The notes: generated by a model not told the origin, from the sequence alone. A DNA stretch of 10,150 nucleotides from Candidatus Thorarchaeota archaeon (GCA_029858305.1 JAOUFI010000082.1:1-10150); one strand, 5' to 3'. Positions 1-7,740 are shown, numbered from the stretch's first letter. Numbers and translations are program-made.

Positions 1-163
1 TATGTCTGGATTCTTTGGCTTCAAGCCAGTTCTATTCCGGAGTCATGGACAATAGATATCATTCTTACTCTGAAATTCAGCATATTATGATAGATGATGT
101 CACATAACTCGATTTGTTAAGAAGTGGTGGACCGGTCGAGATTTGAACTCGAGACCTCCTCCA

Positions 164-192
164 GTTTGGATGCACGCGAAGTGCGTCACAAC
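164..192 (-). other. tRNA-Ala canonical 37/38 intron, 29 nt
   Basis: BHB-like motif: TTGG (32-35) pairs with intronic CCAA, bulges CA|G and AC|T, internal hairpin ACGC-ACTTC-GCGT. Confidence 0.9.
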
Positions 193-207
193 TGCCAAGG
201 AGGCATT

Positions 208-246
208 TGTGGCATGTTAGCAGGGAACTAATCACCCGCTAACATT
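208..246 (-). other. tRNA-Ala non-canonical D-arm intron at 22/23, 39 nt
   Basis: BHB motif: TGGT/GCCA central helix, bulges AG|A and CA|A, long intron stem ATGTTAGCGGG/CCCTGCTAACAT. Confidence 0.88.
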
Positions 247-392
247 CTACCAGGCTAAACTACCGGCCCATTTGCACACTGTGTGCGCAGTCGCATAGCT
301 TGATGTTATGGTTAAAAGAATTATGGAGTGTTTCAAAGGAAATATGGGGATTCAGACAGAACAATTTGCCAGTTGAATACAAGAGGGGATTA

Positions 393-665
393 ATGATTTT
401 ATTACAGATTGTGGATTGGTTTGTTGCCAATCCTTTACAAGCAATTGCTTATCTCTCGATAATCATCATTCTTCTGGTTGCATGCTATATCAAGATTTAC
501 GTCAAAATTTATGATTCAAGGATACATATTACACTCTATAGAAAAGGGAGAATCTTGAGGGAATATCCCAATGGTGGAATGGTGGTAACAATTCCTTTCT
601 TTGATAGGATTGAAGCACGATTGAGTACGCCAGAAGAAATCGATGAAGAGAATGATTATTTCTAA
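393..665 (+). CDS. small single-TM membrane protein resembling the N-terminus of SPFH/band-7 proteins
   Basis: ATG at 393 follows GAGGGG (the ORF track starts at 300). One TM helix, then YRKGRILREYPNGGMVVTIPFFDRIE, similar to the SPFH N-terminal R-x-G...PG...IPFxD pattern. Acidic tail. Confidence 0.65.
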   Translation: MILLQIVDWFVANPLQAIAYLSIIIILLVACYIKIYVKIYDSRIHITLYRKGRILREYPNGGMVVTIPFFDRIEARLSTPEEIDEENDYF

Positions 666-875
666 ATCACAAATCATTTCCAAACTTTGCCAAGTGATTA
701 CAGAATGTTGAATTACATGATTATTACGCTTGAAGCAATCACACTCTATTTGGATTGTCCATTGCTAGGAAATTCAATGTGAGAAGAGTCTGAAGGCAAA
801 AGGTTTGAAACACAAGTTATTGTGGAACATTCTTGAATATCATGAGATATTCACATACAATGGGTGGTAGAGACC

Positions 876-1508
876 ATGGATGCAGCTGTATTGAGAGAAT
901 TGACTGAAGAACTAGAGAAGATGGGATATGATATCGAAGATGCTGAGGTGTGGTATGATCTTGGAAGCGAGTTGTATAATTCGAATCATCTCACGGAAGC
1001 AGAAACATCGTTTCGCCAGTCAATTAATCTAGACCCAAGCAATGCTCAAGCTTGGTGTGATCTTGGAGCGACGCTCTTTCTACAGAACAGGTTTGACGAG
1101 GCAGAATCAGCTTTCAAGGGAGGACTTGAAAATGATAATGAGGATTCTTATATTTGGTATAACCTAGGATGTGTCTACAATGTGATAGATCGACTAGATG
1201 ATGCAGCAATTGCTTTTCGAAGGGCCACCGAACTAAATCCCTCAAATGCAGATGCATGGGTGAATCTTGGTGTTGTACTTTCATCTGTCAGAGAAATCCA
1301 ACAGGCGGAAGAGGCTCTCAGAAGGTCAATCAAGATACGTCCAGAGCATTATGTTGGTTGGTTGAATTTGATCAGTTTGCTTCATCGTGCAGGAAGAAGT
1401 AAAGAAGCAGAGGAGGCTCATCAGAAAGCATTGGAGATTATTCCAGATTTTGATAATTTTACGGATGACATCAATGAATTTGTGGAGAGCGTTGATTCGA
1501 CGGAGTAG
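876..1508 (+). CDS. tetratricopeptide repeat (TPR) protein, about 5 repeats
   Basis: Repeated ~34-aa units (WYDLG, WCDLG, WYNLG, WVNLG, WLNL...A...A...P). ATG at 876 after GGTGG; the ORF track start is GTG 864. Confidence 0.93.
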   Translation: MDAAVLRELTEELEKMGYDIEDAEVWYDLGSELYNSNHLTEAETSFRQSINLDPSNAQAWCDLGATLFLQNRFDEAESAFKGGLENDNEDSYIWYNLGCVYNVIDRLDDAAIAFRRATELNPSNADAWVNLGVVLSSVREIQQAEEALRRSIKIRPEHYVGWLNLISLLHRAGRSKEAEEAHQKALEIIPDFDNFTDDINEFVESVDSTE

Positions 1509-1512
1509 GAAT

Positions 1513-2046
1513 TCACTCTGGCCACACTGACTCTTCTTTAGTATCAGATTTTATTTCTTCAGTATCCTTAGTCCAAGGAGAAACGACTCTAGTTGGTGCA
1601 AGCCGCCGAACTGATAGAAAGGCAATCACAGAGATCAATGGTAGGGGTACGTATGTTGTATAGATGTCTTCAGTGCCTGTACTTCCAGATGGCATGAGAG
1701 ATAGAGGGAGAACAAGAAGAACCGCAACTATTGTTAACAAAATCACACTTAGGAGATAGGACTTCTCGCCAGAACATCGTCCTTTTGCGTACCGATATGC
1801 CTGAAATCCAATGAATGTATACGGCAACCAGAATTGGAACATTATCAGTGCCATAGGAGAAAAACCACCGTATATTAAACTAGACCTTTCTTGGAGTACC
1901 CAATTTGGAGCATATATCATAAAAGACATGAAAGTCTCATGATTTGGATACGCAAAAATGTAGGGCAGGAAGAAGGAGAGTACTAGTATGAATTTTCCAA
2001 GGTTTACTGATCGCGCTTTAGGTACATATGGATTATCCCTTGCCAT
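1513..2046 (-). CDS. hypothetical multi-pass membrane protein
   Basis: 177-aa ORF with about 4 hydrophobic segments, GGTTAGGA upstream of the ATG, convergent with the TPR gene. Confidence 0.8.
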   Translation of the reverse strand: MARDNPYVPKARSVNLGKFILVLSFFLPYIFAYPNHETFMSFMIYAPNWVLQERSSLIYGGFSPMALIMFQFWLPYTFIGFQAYRYAKGRCSGEKSYLLSVILLTIVAVLLVLPLSLMPSGSTGTEDIYTTYVPLPLISVIAFLSVRRLAPTRVVSPWTKDTEEIKSDTKEESVWPE

Positions 2047-2121
2047 TCCTAACCACTTTATGATACGTTAGCTCGAAAGAATATAAGGTTTGGAAGGTAC
2101 AATCATTGATGTGTCTACACC

Positions 2122-2694
2122 ATGACAAGAAACTCATCATCAAGGATTACAATCCCTGTTCAAGAGATTACACTTGAGCATATCGAAACTAAAGGCCTAA
2201 TCCTCGATATTGGGGGAGGGGGAGAAGGACTGGTTTCTAGGATAGAGGGAACGAGGGTTTGTGCTGTCGATATCCGAATGAGTGAGATACGAGAAGCTCT
2301 GATACACGGACCACCTGCAAACTGGTTTGTAGGAGATGGACAGCATTTGAGTTTTCGCGATGGAGTATTTGATGTTGTAACGCTGTGGTTCTCTTTAGAA
2401 TACATGAGCGACTGGTCCATAAAAAAGAGTGTACTAAAAGAAGCTCATCGAGTTTTAGTCACCGATGGTCGATTATCTATTCTATCTAGCAAAATAGATG
2501 AAGACTGTGAACGTCTTATTTTCTGGGGTCACTTCACTCTTCCAGATGGTTCTGTGTCACAGACAGGATATGGTGTTAGAGGAGGGCAAAATCAGATACT
2601 TGACAGAGTTGCGGATCTAGTGAGGTCCATTGGATTCGATTTATCTTCTCGAGACAATGGTGCTTGGTTTGAAATTCAAGCCTCTAAAACATAG
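2122..2694 (+). CDS. class I SAM-dependent methyltransferase (Methyltransf_11-like)
   Basis: Motif I ILDIGGGGEG, motif II AVDI, GDGQHLSFRDGVFDVV, and LKEAHRVLVTDGRL. Confidence 0.9.
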   Translation: MTRNSSSRITIPVQEITLEHIETKGLILDIGGGGEGLVSRIEGTRVCAVDIRMSEIREALIHGPPANWFVGDGQHLSFRDGVFDVVTLWFSLEYMSDWSIKKSVLKEAHRVLVTDGRLSILSSKIDEDCERLIFWGHFTLPDGSVSQTGYGVRGGQNQILDRVADLVRSIGFDLSSRDNGAWFEIQASKT

Positions 2695-2776
2695 GCAGAC
2701 CATCATCTGGAATGTTCCAAAACCTTAAAGTGCGGACCGATGTCCGCTCTGACATTCACGCATCTGGTGAGAATCA

Positions 2777-3295
2777 ATGAGCCTTGCAGTTTGGTGGAGA
2801 CGCGGCAGCAAGCCCGGTCTCATTATCATATTCCTAGCGATAGCTGGTTTTGTTCAGATTCCGATTCTATGGCACGCTCAAGTCTATGTGAACGTTCTAA
2901 GTGTTGAGCTTCAGCTTCTAGTTTCATTGGGAGTAATGGCTGTTCTTGGTGGATCGTATGTCCTCATGGCGGAGGCTATGTACCGCTGGGCTCATATTGT
3001 GTCCAAGCGAAAGCAGCGAAGACGTCAGAGAGCGCAGGTTTCTTGGATAGCAAAACTCTCTTCCATAGCAAGATCTTGGTCAGATATGCCAGCATTCGTG
3101 GGTGTCGGTTTATTGACGTGCCTGTTCTTCCTGTTCTATTTCATCCCATTTGGTGTGGCAGACCTAGGAAGTCTTCCTTCCTGGTTGGCAACTGCAGCTT
3201 TCCTTGACTCAGTATATATTTACCCTATTGCGGTGAACGCAGCTGCCATTGCGTCAGCTATTATAGCTAGCTACATGAATTATAAAATTAAGTAG
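2777..3295 (+). CDS. hypothetical membrane protein (about 4 TM, Arg/Lys-rich loop)
   Basis: 172-aa ORF, GGTGA SD-like motif upstream, hydrophobic helices flanking SKRKQRRRQR. Confidence 0.8.
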   Translation: MSLAVWWRRGSKPGLIIIFLAIAGFVQIPILWHAQVYVNVLSVELQLLVSLGVMAVLGGSYVLMAEAMYRWAHIVSKRKQRRRQRAQVSWIAKLSSIARSWSDMPAFVGVGLLTCLFFLFYFIPFGVADLGSLPSWLATAAFLDSVYIYPIAVNAAAIASAIIASYMNYKIK

Positions 3296-3393
3296 AAACC
3301 CTACTTGTTCGAAGAATTGAAAGACTAGACTCCTATCTTAAGTCTTAATAGACAAGAGAGGAGTTGCGTGTTGACTATAGCGAGGTTGGTAGA

Positions 3394-3867
3394 TTGGCAA
3401 AGTTGACTATTGGTAGTGATGCTCCAGACTTCACCCTGTGGGAAGCCCCTGGAAAGAGTGTGACATTGAGCGAAGAAATCAAGAAGAGACCGGTTGTCCT
3501 TGTTTTCTATCCAGCAGATTTCACCTCTGTGTGCCAGAAAGAACTCTGTAGTTTTAGAGATGCTATGGCACATTACAATAACCTTGGTGCAAATGTCTTG
3601 GGAATCTCTGTCGATGGGATATTTAGCCATGGAGCATTCAAAGAGAAAAATGGCATTAAGTTCCCGTTACTCTCTGACTGGGAAAAGACTACAATCAGAG
3701 ATTACGGGATTGTACAGGAAAACTTCGTAGGCATGTCCAATGTAGCAAAGCGTTCGGTCTTTGTAGTGGATGCAGACGGGAAAATTGTCTATATATGGAT
3801 TAGTGAGGACCCAGGAAAACTCCCGCCTTTTGATGAAGTTGAAATGGCAGTCAAGAAACTGTCATAA
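3394..3867 (+). CDS. peroxiredoxin (AhpC/TSA family; BCP/PrxQ- or AhpE-like)
   Basis: APDFTL, FYPADFTSVCQKELC (PxxxTxxC plus CxxxxC), GISVD, FPLLSD, conserved R in KRSVFVVD. Likely TTG start at 3394 after GAGGTTGG; the track start is 3364. Confidence 0.93.
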   Translation: MAKLTIGSDAPDFTLWEAPGKSVTLSEEIKKRPVVLVFYPADFTSVCQKELCSFRDAMAHYNNLGANVLGISVDGIFSHGAFKEKNGIKFPLLSDWEKTTIRDYGIVQENFVGMSNVAKRSVFVVDADGKIVYIWISEDPGKLPPFDEVEMAVKKLS

Positions 3868-3884
3868 TCCATCGTTGCCACTAT

Positions 3885-3892
3885 CTTTATAT
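3885..3892 (+). promoter_or_regulatory. putative TATA box of tRNA-Phe
   Basis: CTTTATAT about 35-40 nt upstream of the mature tRNA 5' end. Confidence 0.55.
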
Positions 3893-3925
3893 CACAAAAC
3901 CCGAGGAAAACAAAACGCAGGCTTT

Positions 3926-4002
3926 GCCGAGGTAGATTAGCCTGGGAGATCGCGCGGCTGAAGACCGCGTCGTCGAGTGTTCAAATCACTCCCTCGGCAC
4001 CA
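3926..4002 (+). tRNA. tRNA-Phe(GAA), intronless, encoded CCA
   Basis: GCCGAGG/CCTCGGC acceptor stem, GATT/GATC D-stem, CGCGG-CTGAAGA-CCGCG anticodon arm, GAGTG-TTCAAAT-CACTC T-arm, ACCA end; 77 nt. Confidence 0.97.
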
Positions 4003-4051
4003 CTTCTTCTTTATACTAGACTCAAACATTACGCAGTTCTCAAGAAGACTA

Positions 4052-4348
4052 CTATTTCTGAGGGTCAATTGTCGTTGCTATAATCTTGAGGACTACTCCA
4101 GCAGATGTTGGGTCAGGGCAGCGAACAAATTCGGTTGTCACATCATCCTTATCGATCATCTTCTCATAGGGTGTTCCATCATAAGACCAGCCAAGTTTGC
4201 CATCATGTCTAAGTACTTTGATCATATGACTTGCGCTTTCAATCAGCCAAGTACACATTTTGCCAGTATCCTGTGGGTATTTGAATTTCTGACCCACCTT
4301 GTGCACTTGACATCCACTTTCGTATATCTCTAATTCAATCTCTCTCAT
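4052..4348 (-). CDS. TIGR04076-like small Cys-containing protein
   Basis: Pattern C-x2-HKVGQKF...C-TW...G...W...RCPD...VVLKI matches this family from recall. Likely start MREIE at 4348, with a TATA-like TTATAA about 30 nt upstream (leaderless). Confidence 0.75.
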   Translation of the reverse strand: MREIELEIYESGCQVHKVGQKFKYPQDTGKMCTWLIESASHMIKVLRHDGKLGWSYDGTPYEKMIDKDDVTTEFVRCPDPTSAGVVLKIIATTIDPQK

Positions 4349-4521
4349 TGAAATCAGCCTGGGCTCAGTACAGATTATAATATGAATTTCCATTTCAGCA
4401 GAGTGTAGAGCCTACACCCACCAAGGAGCTATGCTTCGGTCTCTCACTCGGCACTATCGTTTGTTCATCAATCTGTAATGTTATTACCAATCTACAAAAT
4501 AAATACACGATGGTGTTTCTC

Positions 4522-4977
4522 ATGAAGCGACTCAATCCCCAGCAACTACATGTCAAGTTCATACAACCCACTCAAGATGATGGTCCAATAAATCCAAGAA
4601 CTTACACATTGACGCATTCCGATTCGACTGGAGAGCTGTTCTTGACCATCGGACCAGACTATGATCGGAAGCAGATTAGTGGGTGGTATACTAGACTGAT
4701 GAGAGATGAGGTTCTTGCTGAATGGAGAGAAGGACAGGAAACATATGAGCTCCATGTGCACTGTGAAGTAGAACGAGGGATAGGGTGGGCGAGCATGAGA
4801 GAGTCCATCTTTCGCAGAGAGCTTGACCTTGTACTAGAAGCGTTTCGTTACGGCGACCAAGGTCTCTATGATAAGAAGCCTAGTCTTGATGATTCTAGAG
4901 TTATAGTTCATTTTCACATGAAGAAAGAGCAGAATGATAGAGCTGAAGACTGGGGGAGAATAGGCGATTATGTCTGA
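4522..4977 (+). CDS. Stay-green (SGR) family protein, Mg-dechelatase homolog
   Basis: PRTYTLTHSD, GWYTRLMRDEVLAEW, LHVHC, IFRRELDLVLEAFRYGD, VHFH and EDWG motifs typical of the Staygreen domain. ATG 4522 after TGGTG; alternative start 4510. Confidence 0.92.
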   Translation: MKRLNPQQLHVKFIQPTQDDGPINPRTYTLTHSDSTGELFLTIGPDYDRKQISGWYTRLMRDEVLAEWREGQETYELHVHCEVERGIGWASMRESIFRRELDLVLEAFRYGDQGLYDKKPSLDDSRVIVHFHMKKEQNDRAEDWGRIGDYV

Positions 4978-4989
4978 AGGAATTTCAAA

Positions 4990-5015
4990 GTTCAAATCAC
5001 AACTTGACACCACTT
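4990..5015 (+). repeat. degenerate duplicate of the tRNA-Phe 3' end (att-like scar)
   Basis: GTTCAAATCAC-AACTTGAC-ACCACTT versus tRNA-Phe 3979-4005 GTTCAAATCAC-TCCCTCGGC-ACCACTT; same orientation, 1,011 bp downstream. Confidence 0.55.
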
Positions 5016-5104
5016 TATTCTTATGACTCATCACCAATAACTCAATGGACAAATACCATAATTTTGGCGAGAGGTGCCTTAACGTGAGTAGAGTCTGGGG
5101 ACTG

Positions 5105-5302
5105 TTGCCACTTGCAGCTGATGATAGCGACATTATGATGCTGGCTGTTGTTCTTTTCATCTTGGCAATTCTTGTGATTTCGCTCTTCATGGCATTTCCT
5201 CTGCACATTGCACTGTTGTTGTCAGGGGCTTTGATTGTTGGTCTTCTTATTGCTATTCATGAAACGAAGAGAATAGCGAAAATGAATAAAGACACAAATT
5301 AG
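5105..5302 (+). CDS. small two-TM membrane protein
   Basis: Hydrophobic hairpin followed by a basic tail. Start uncertain: TTG 5105 after GGGG, ATG 5135, or track start 5045. Confidence 0.6.
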   Translation: MPLAADDSDIMMLAVVLFILAILVISLFMAFPLHIALLLSGALIVGLLIAIHETKRIAKMNKDTN

Positions 5303-5356
5303 GCCTATGCTTGAAAAAGAAGAGAGGTGGGGAAGACTGTCCCCACATTATACTAT

Positions 5357-6478
5357 CTATTGTTCTTCTTCAGGCTCTCTGTACCCGTCATGGTACACAG
5401 TATCCTTCTGCTGGAACTGGTCATGTTCACCGAGAAATCGTCTCCATAGAGGAGCCCGAAGTCTGCGGCGTTCGCCCCAATTGCCTTGCCACCAGAGTCT
5501 CTTACCAGCTCGAAGATACATGGAAATCTTCATGCTTGAGGCAAAGATTCTCCAGACAGAAATCACAACAGTTACGAACATGATAAATATCCATATCCAG
5601 TCGAAAGGCACGAAGGGGATGTCATTGCTAAGGAAGAATCCCTCAAGATCAAATAGAGCCCATGTGCTCCCATTGAAATTATACACGTATCTGATTGGCC
5701 AACCTACATCAATCAAAATAACTGCTAGGGCAATCCAGACAACACTGAGAAATGCCTCCACAGCGAGGTTGAAGTTGTTCTCTCCACCAAAGTAGAAGAG
5801 AGCTCCTCGTATTGCACCTAGGAAGAGGAAGATAACTACATAGATATAGAGCGCCTTGAATGCATCAGTGTATAGAATCACTATGCTGGGTATTGAAATA
5901 ACAACTCCCCAGAACACACCCATGATGAAATCACCAGCAGCATCCCAGCGACCCTTGGCCTTGAATCCATCAACACCAATTCCAAAGATTGATTCCAATG
6001 TGGTCTTTTCTGTCAGTGGCTTATCACGATCAAGAAGGGAAAGACCTCCGATTATTACGAAAAGGATGAACAGATTCAGAAAGATCATCAATGGTATACT
6101 GAATGGCCAGTTCTGGATGTCTGCTCCAAACAACTGGGTTATGGTTACTCCAATCAGGGAAAGACCTATCGTGAAAGCAGCACCTACACCCAGAAGCAGT
6201 ATGATTATTCTACTCACTGGATTAACATATTCAGCAGGAACAGGTCCGACCTTCTTTCCAGAACCAGCATATTCGTTGGCTACTCTCTTCGGGTCGCCCA
6301 TTCTCTCGATGGCCATCATGGCAGAGCCAGCAGTCATTGTACCTCCGCCGATTCTCTGAGCCTCTTCAATCAAGTGAGTCTGAAGCTCAACAATAGCGTC
6401 TTCACTATCTAGAGGAAGATAGACTCTTACTCTCTCTAGATATTGTTCGATTAGTTTAGTTGGATCATTACTACTCAT
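5357..6478 (-). CDS. membrane protein with N-terminal HAAS-type signalling domain (PadR-associated)
   Basis: N-terminus IEQYLERVRVYLP...ELQTHLIE...AIERMGDPKRVANEY followed by about 6 TM helices; directly downstream of padR. Confidence 0.88.
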   Translation of the reverse strand: MSSNDPTKLIEQYLERVRVYLPLDSEDAIVELQTHLIEEAQRIGGGTMTAGSAMMAIERMGDPKRVANEYAGSGKKVGPVPAEYVNPVSRIIILLLGVGAAFTIGLSLIGVTITQLFGADIQNWPFSIPLMIFLNLFILFVIIGGLSLLDRDKPLTEKTTLESIFGIGVDGFKAKGRWDAAGDFIMGVFWGVVISIPSIVILYTDAFKALYIYVVIFLFLGAIRGALFYFGGENNFNLAVEAFLSVVWIALAVILIDVGWPIRYVYNFNGSTWALFDLEGFFLSNDIPFVPFDWIWIFIMFVTVVISVWRIFASSMKISMYLRAGKRLWWQGNWGERRRLRAPLWRRFLGEHDQFQQKDTVYHDGYREPEEEQ

Positions 6479-6480
6479 TA

Positions 6481-6837
6481 TTATTCGACCTCCGTCAGGA
6501 CAGCCTGAATTTCTCGGGAGAGATTTGTCCAGGCTTTTGACATTTCCGATAGAGCCATTGAGCCCTCGTCAGTAACAGCATAGTACTTCTTGGGCTTTGT
6601 AGGATCCTCATAGTCCCATTCGGACCTGAGAAGCTCACGCTGCTCTAGTCGCCGCAACAGAGGATAGACTGTGCCTTGCTCAAGAGCTAAGAAAGACATC
6701 TTCGCGTCAAGGAGCTTGACTGCCTCGTATCCATACGCTTTTCTCTTACTCAGAAGAGCCAAGATTGCGAGAGTCACTGCACCTCGCTTCACTTCCTTGG
6801 ACCATCGGTCCAATTCCTCTTGCGTCTTTTTTGACAT
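6481..6837 (-). CDS. padR: PadR family transcriptional regulator
   Basis: RGAVTLAILALL...YGYE...GTVYPLLRRLE...W...KKYYAVTDEG...W. ATG 6837 (or GTG 6843) downstream of GAGGT. Confidence 0.95.
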   Translation of the reverse strand: MSKKTQEELDRWSKEVKRGAVTLAILALLSKRKAYGYEAVKLLDAKMSFLALEQGTVYPLLRRLEQRELLRSEWDYEDPTKPKKYYAVTDEGSMALSEMSKAWTNLSREIQAVLTEVE

Positions 6838-6878
6838 TGACACTGTGTTTACCTCTTTTAGTAGTGTACGTAACAACG

Positions 6879-6917
6879 TACTGTACATCATATAGTATAT
6901 ACTATACAGTATATAAA
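6879..6917. promoter_or_regulatory. padR promoter/operator: TACT-N11-AGTA, nested palindromes, TATA box
   Basis: TACT(6879-82)-N11-AGTA(6894-97); perfect 16-bp palindrome TATAGTATATACTATA 6891-6906; 8-4-8 inverted repeat 6896-6915; minus-strand TTTATATA at 6917-6910. Confidence 0.7.
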
Positions 6918-6995
6918 TGTTACTTAGTAGGCAGTAATATAGACTACTTTGTATTTGTGTCTGTTTAAAATAGAATTGAAACAGGTTTCACTACT

Positions 6996-7439
6996 ATGCC
7001 TCCGACATTAATCACTGTACGTGTAAAGAAACTCTCCCCAGATGCTAAGATGCCTCAATTGGCTCGATTAGGAGACGCTGCCTATGATCTCTTCTCTTCA
7101 GTAGATTACGAACTGATGCCAAGGGAGTGGTATGCAGTTCCGACAGGAATTGCCATAGAAATACCAGATGGTTATGAGGGACAGGTGAGACCTCGTAGTG
7201 GGCTGGCTGCAAAAGAAGGCGTGACCGTGCTCAACACACCAGGTACAATCGACAGTGGTTATCGGGGAGAGGTCAAGTCTATTATGATCAATCTTGGAGA
7301 TAAGCCATTCAAGATTACAAAGGGAATGAGAATAAGCCAACTAGCAATACGCCCTGTTCCAGAAGTTCAATTCATTGAAGTAGATGAGTTGTCAGACACA
7401 GAGAGGGGAGAGGGCGGATTCGGTAGTACTGGAATCTAG
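6996..7439 (+). CDS. dut: dUTP diphosphatase (homotrimeric dUTPase)
   Basis: Motifs AAYDL, GQVRPRSGLA, NTPGTIDSGYRGEV, RISQL, TERGEGGFGSTG. TTTAAAA about 26-32 nt upstream suggests a leaderless mRNA. Confidence 0.97.
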   Translation: MPPTLITVRVKKLSPDAKMPQLARLGDAAYDLFSSVDYELMPREWYAVPTGIAIEIPDGYEGQVRPRSGLAAKEGVTVLNTPGTIDSGYRGEVKSIMINLGDKPFKITKGMRISQLAIRPVPEVQFIEVDELSDTERGEGGFGSTGI

Positions 7440-7473
7440 ATAGAGTTTCCATAGACTTATCTCACTTCGGATT

Positions 7474-7701
7474 ATGTTGTATCCGGGGACGGCTTTGTTT
7501 GAATACATACTTCTTATCGTGATCGTGGTTGGTGTTGCCCTTCTTTATCTGGGAATAGAAACAGACTCTCGAAATCGAGGATTCCATAGTGAGTCCGAAC
7601 ATATTCAATATAGAGCGATGCAAGAATCAGAACGAGTGGTTAATGAAGAAAGGGAAAGGGCTCGACAAAGAGCTAGACATCCAAGAAGATATTATCCCTA
7701 G
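7474..7701 (+). CDS. small single-TM protein with charged/Arg-rich C-terminus
   Basis: 75-aa ORF, N-terminal TM helix, predicted charged helix ERVVNEERERARQRAR. Confidence 0.65.
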   Translation: MLYPGTALFEYILLIVIVVGVALLYLGIETDSRNRGFHSESEHIQYRAMQESERVVNEERERARQRARHPRRYYP

Positions 7702-7740
7702 TTGTCTTTTTCTTAAGGAATTGTGGGCACTGTCGCAACG

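Larger units (their letters stand above)
125..269 (-). tRNA. tRNA-Ala(GGC) with two introns (22/23 and 37/38), encoded CCA
   Basis: On the minus strand: acceptor stem GGGCCGG/CCGGTCC (G3:U70 Ala identity pair), discriminator A + CCA, anticodon stem CCTCC/GGAGG with GGC at 196-194, T-arm TCGAG-TTCAAAT-CTCGA. Removing 246-208 (39 nt) and 192-164 (29 nt) gives a 77-nt cloverleaf. Confidence 0.96.

Noticed and set aside
1-107. Open plus-strand frame from the window edge to TAA at 105-107, convergent on tRNA-Ala
   Set aside because: It could be a gene 3' end, but it is too short to support a call and has no HNH or integrase motif.
2729-2750. Short hairpin GCGGAC-CGAT-GTCCGC, and the similar GCACA-CTG-TGTGC at 274-286
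   Set aside because: Only 5-6 bp stems; possible operator or leader elements but not distinguishable from chance.
3977-4333. 118-aa plus-strand ORF
   Set aside because: Starts inside tRNA-Phe and is antisense to the TIGR04076-like gene.
5307-6359. Plus-strand ORFs 5307-5795, 5311-5583 and 5856-6359
   Set aside because: Antisense shadows of the HAAS membrane protein gene.
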